Below, in pieces: positions 63,092-64,000 of a stretch of 64,000 nt of DNA (positions within the stretch are counted from its first letter, which is position 1; each line of letters opens with the position of its first letter). The notes beneath the pieces were generated by a model. That model was not told the origin of the DNA, did not search any database, and was given only the letters and a program-made list of their open reading frames with translations. The position numbers were made by a program, and so were the translations under genes. This stretch comes from Paecilomyces variotii (lineage: Eukaryota), in NCBI GenBank assembly GCA_004022145.1, contig RCNU01000006.1; one strand, written 5' to 3'.

Positions 63092-64000
63092 TCACAGTTC
63101 ATCATGCTCATCCTCTCCCTCCTTCTGCTGAGCAATCACACCTGCAGGGAGTTTCTCCTTCGAACCCTCGCCCAGTCTGACCGCATCCACCCACGCCTCG
63201 ATTTTGTTGAGTCCATAATCGCCGTTCTCGCCAGCATCATAGTGTCTCCACCACCCTCTGCGACCATTCAAGGCGATGATCTCGATGCTCTTGTCATCTG
63301 CCGGTAGACCCAACGATTCACGCAGAGTCTTGGAGCCGGAATTGATGGCGGGAACGTTGTAGAATGGGAAGGTCTTGCCCCTTACCTGGTGAAGCTTGTG
63401 GGAGACTGTGGACAGGCTTGTGAGAGCTTCTTTTGCTGGGGCAGGAAGCTCAGCGTCTGGTTTCTCGGGGTTAGGGAAGAGGGCGAGAACGCATGTGCTG
63501 GACTTGGGAGTCAGACAGGCGGACTCGAGAGATTCGGGAGTAGATAGTATCTCGAGTGGTGGAGGGTGGATAGGAACCTCGACAGGCTTGGACTCCTTCG
63601 CGTCATCAGGTACGACTTTGGGATCGGGCGACTCTGTAGGTTTCAGATCTTCGGCCTCGTTCACTATTGACGGTTTTGTGGACTTCTTGGAGGATTTGGA
63701 AGACTTTGCCTTGGCTTTGGCATGAGCAGGGGCAGGGTCCGGGTTTGGCGCAGCAACCTGACTCAGGAATTCGACGATCGGTTTCTTCTTCAGCTCTCCA
63801 TCGTACACAATGTGTTCTTTGTCGCCGCCAGGGAGCAGGATGAGTGTAGGGTACGATGTAATACCGAACTTCTTAACTGTCTCGGATTCCTTGCTACGGA
63901 TCTGAGCCACCTTGATAGAACCCAGGAAGTCAATGGCAACGGACTTCAGAAGAGCACCAGTGGTGCCCTTATCCGTGAACAGAATAGCCTTAGGGACGTC
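63092..64000 (-). CDS. ER protein disulfide isomerase-related protein (Mpd1/PrpA-like), 3' part only; 5' end lies outside the window
   Basis: Frame is open to the window edge: ...PKAILFTDKGTTGALLKSVAIDFLGSIKVAQIR...KFGITSYPTLILLPG (thioredoxin-like b domain), ending in the ER-retention signal HDEL. Confidence 0.8.
   Translation of the reverse strand, partial: DVPKAILFTDKGTTGALLKSVAIDFLGSIKVAQIRSKESETVKKFGITSYPTLILLPGGDKEHIVYDGELKKKPIVEFLSQVAAPNPDPAPAHAKAKAKSSKSSKKSTKPSIVNEAEDLKPTESPDPKVVPDDAKESKPVEVPIHPPPLEILSTPESLESACLTPKSSTCVLALFPNPEKPDAELPAPAKEALTSLSTVSHKLHQVRGKTFPFYNVPAINSGSKTLRESLGLPADDKSIEIIALNGRRGWWRHYDAGENGDYGLNKIEAWVDAVRLGEGSKEKLPAGVIAQQKEGEDEHDEL

Overview
Gene-dense, intron-containing fungal chromosomal DNA. 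The short GT-AG introns with CTRAY branch sites and the protein sequences point to a Eurotiales (Aspergillus/Paecilomyces-like) genome; this is an inference. Sixteen protein-coding genes can be reconstructed, in order: NatB catalytic subunit (nat3), a hypothetical acidic/coiled-coil protein, eIF3a (tif32), G-protein gamma subunit (gpgA), a C2H2+Zn2Cys6 transcription factor, an Rdx/SelW-like CxxC protein, a class I cAMP phosphodiesterase, an intronless F-box/LRR-like gene, Snt2, a HELQ/POLQ-helicase-like Ski2 helicase, a secreted PLC-like phosphodiesterase, Vps8, a GH16 beta-glucanase, a CAP10/GT90 glycosyltransferase, Kre33/NAT10, and the 3' end of an HDEL-terminated PDI-family gene. I could not support any tRNA, rRNA, snRNA, transposon or CRISPR array. 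The region is mostly ordinary housekeeping sequence and I see no clear-cut new multi-gene system. The most unusual signals are: a 368-codon stop-free frame continuing gpgA exon 2 through intron 2 and the 3' region; a GH16 tail of periodic N-glycosylation sequons followed by a KR site and a His-rich peptide; an F-box/LRR gene with a GATA-site tandem repeat upstream; a long, structured, open-frame intron in the Rdx gene; recurrent intergenic palindromes; and a GC-AG intron in vps8.
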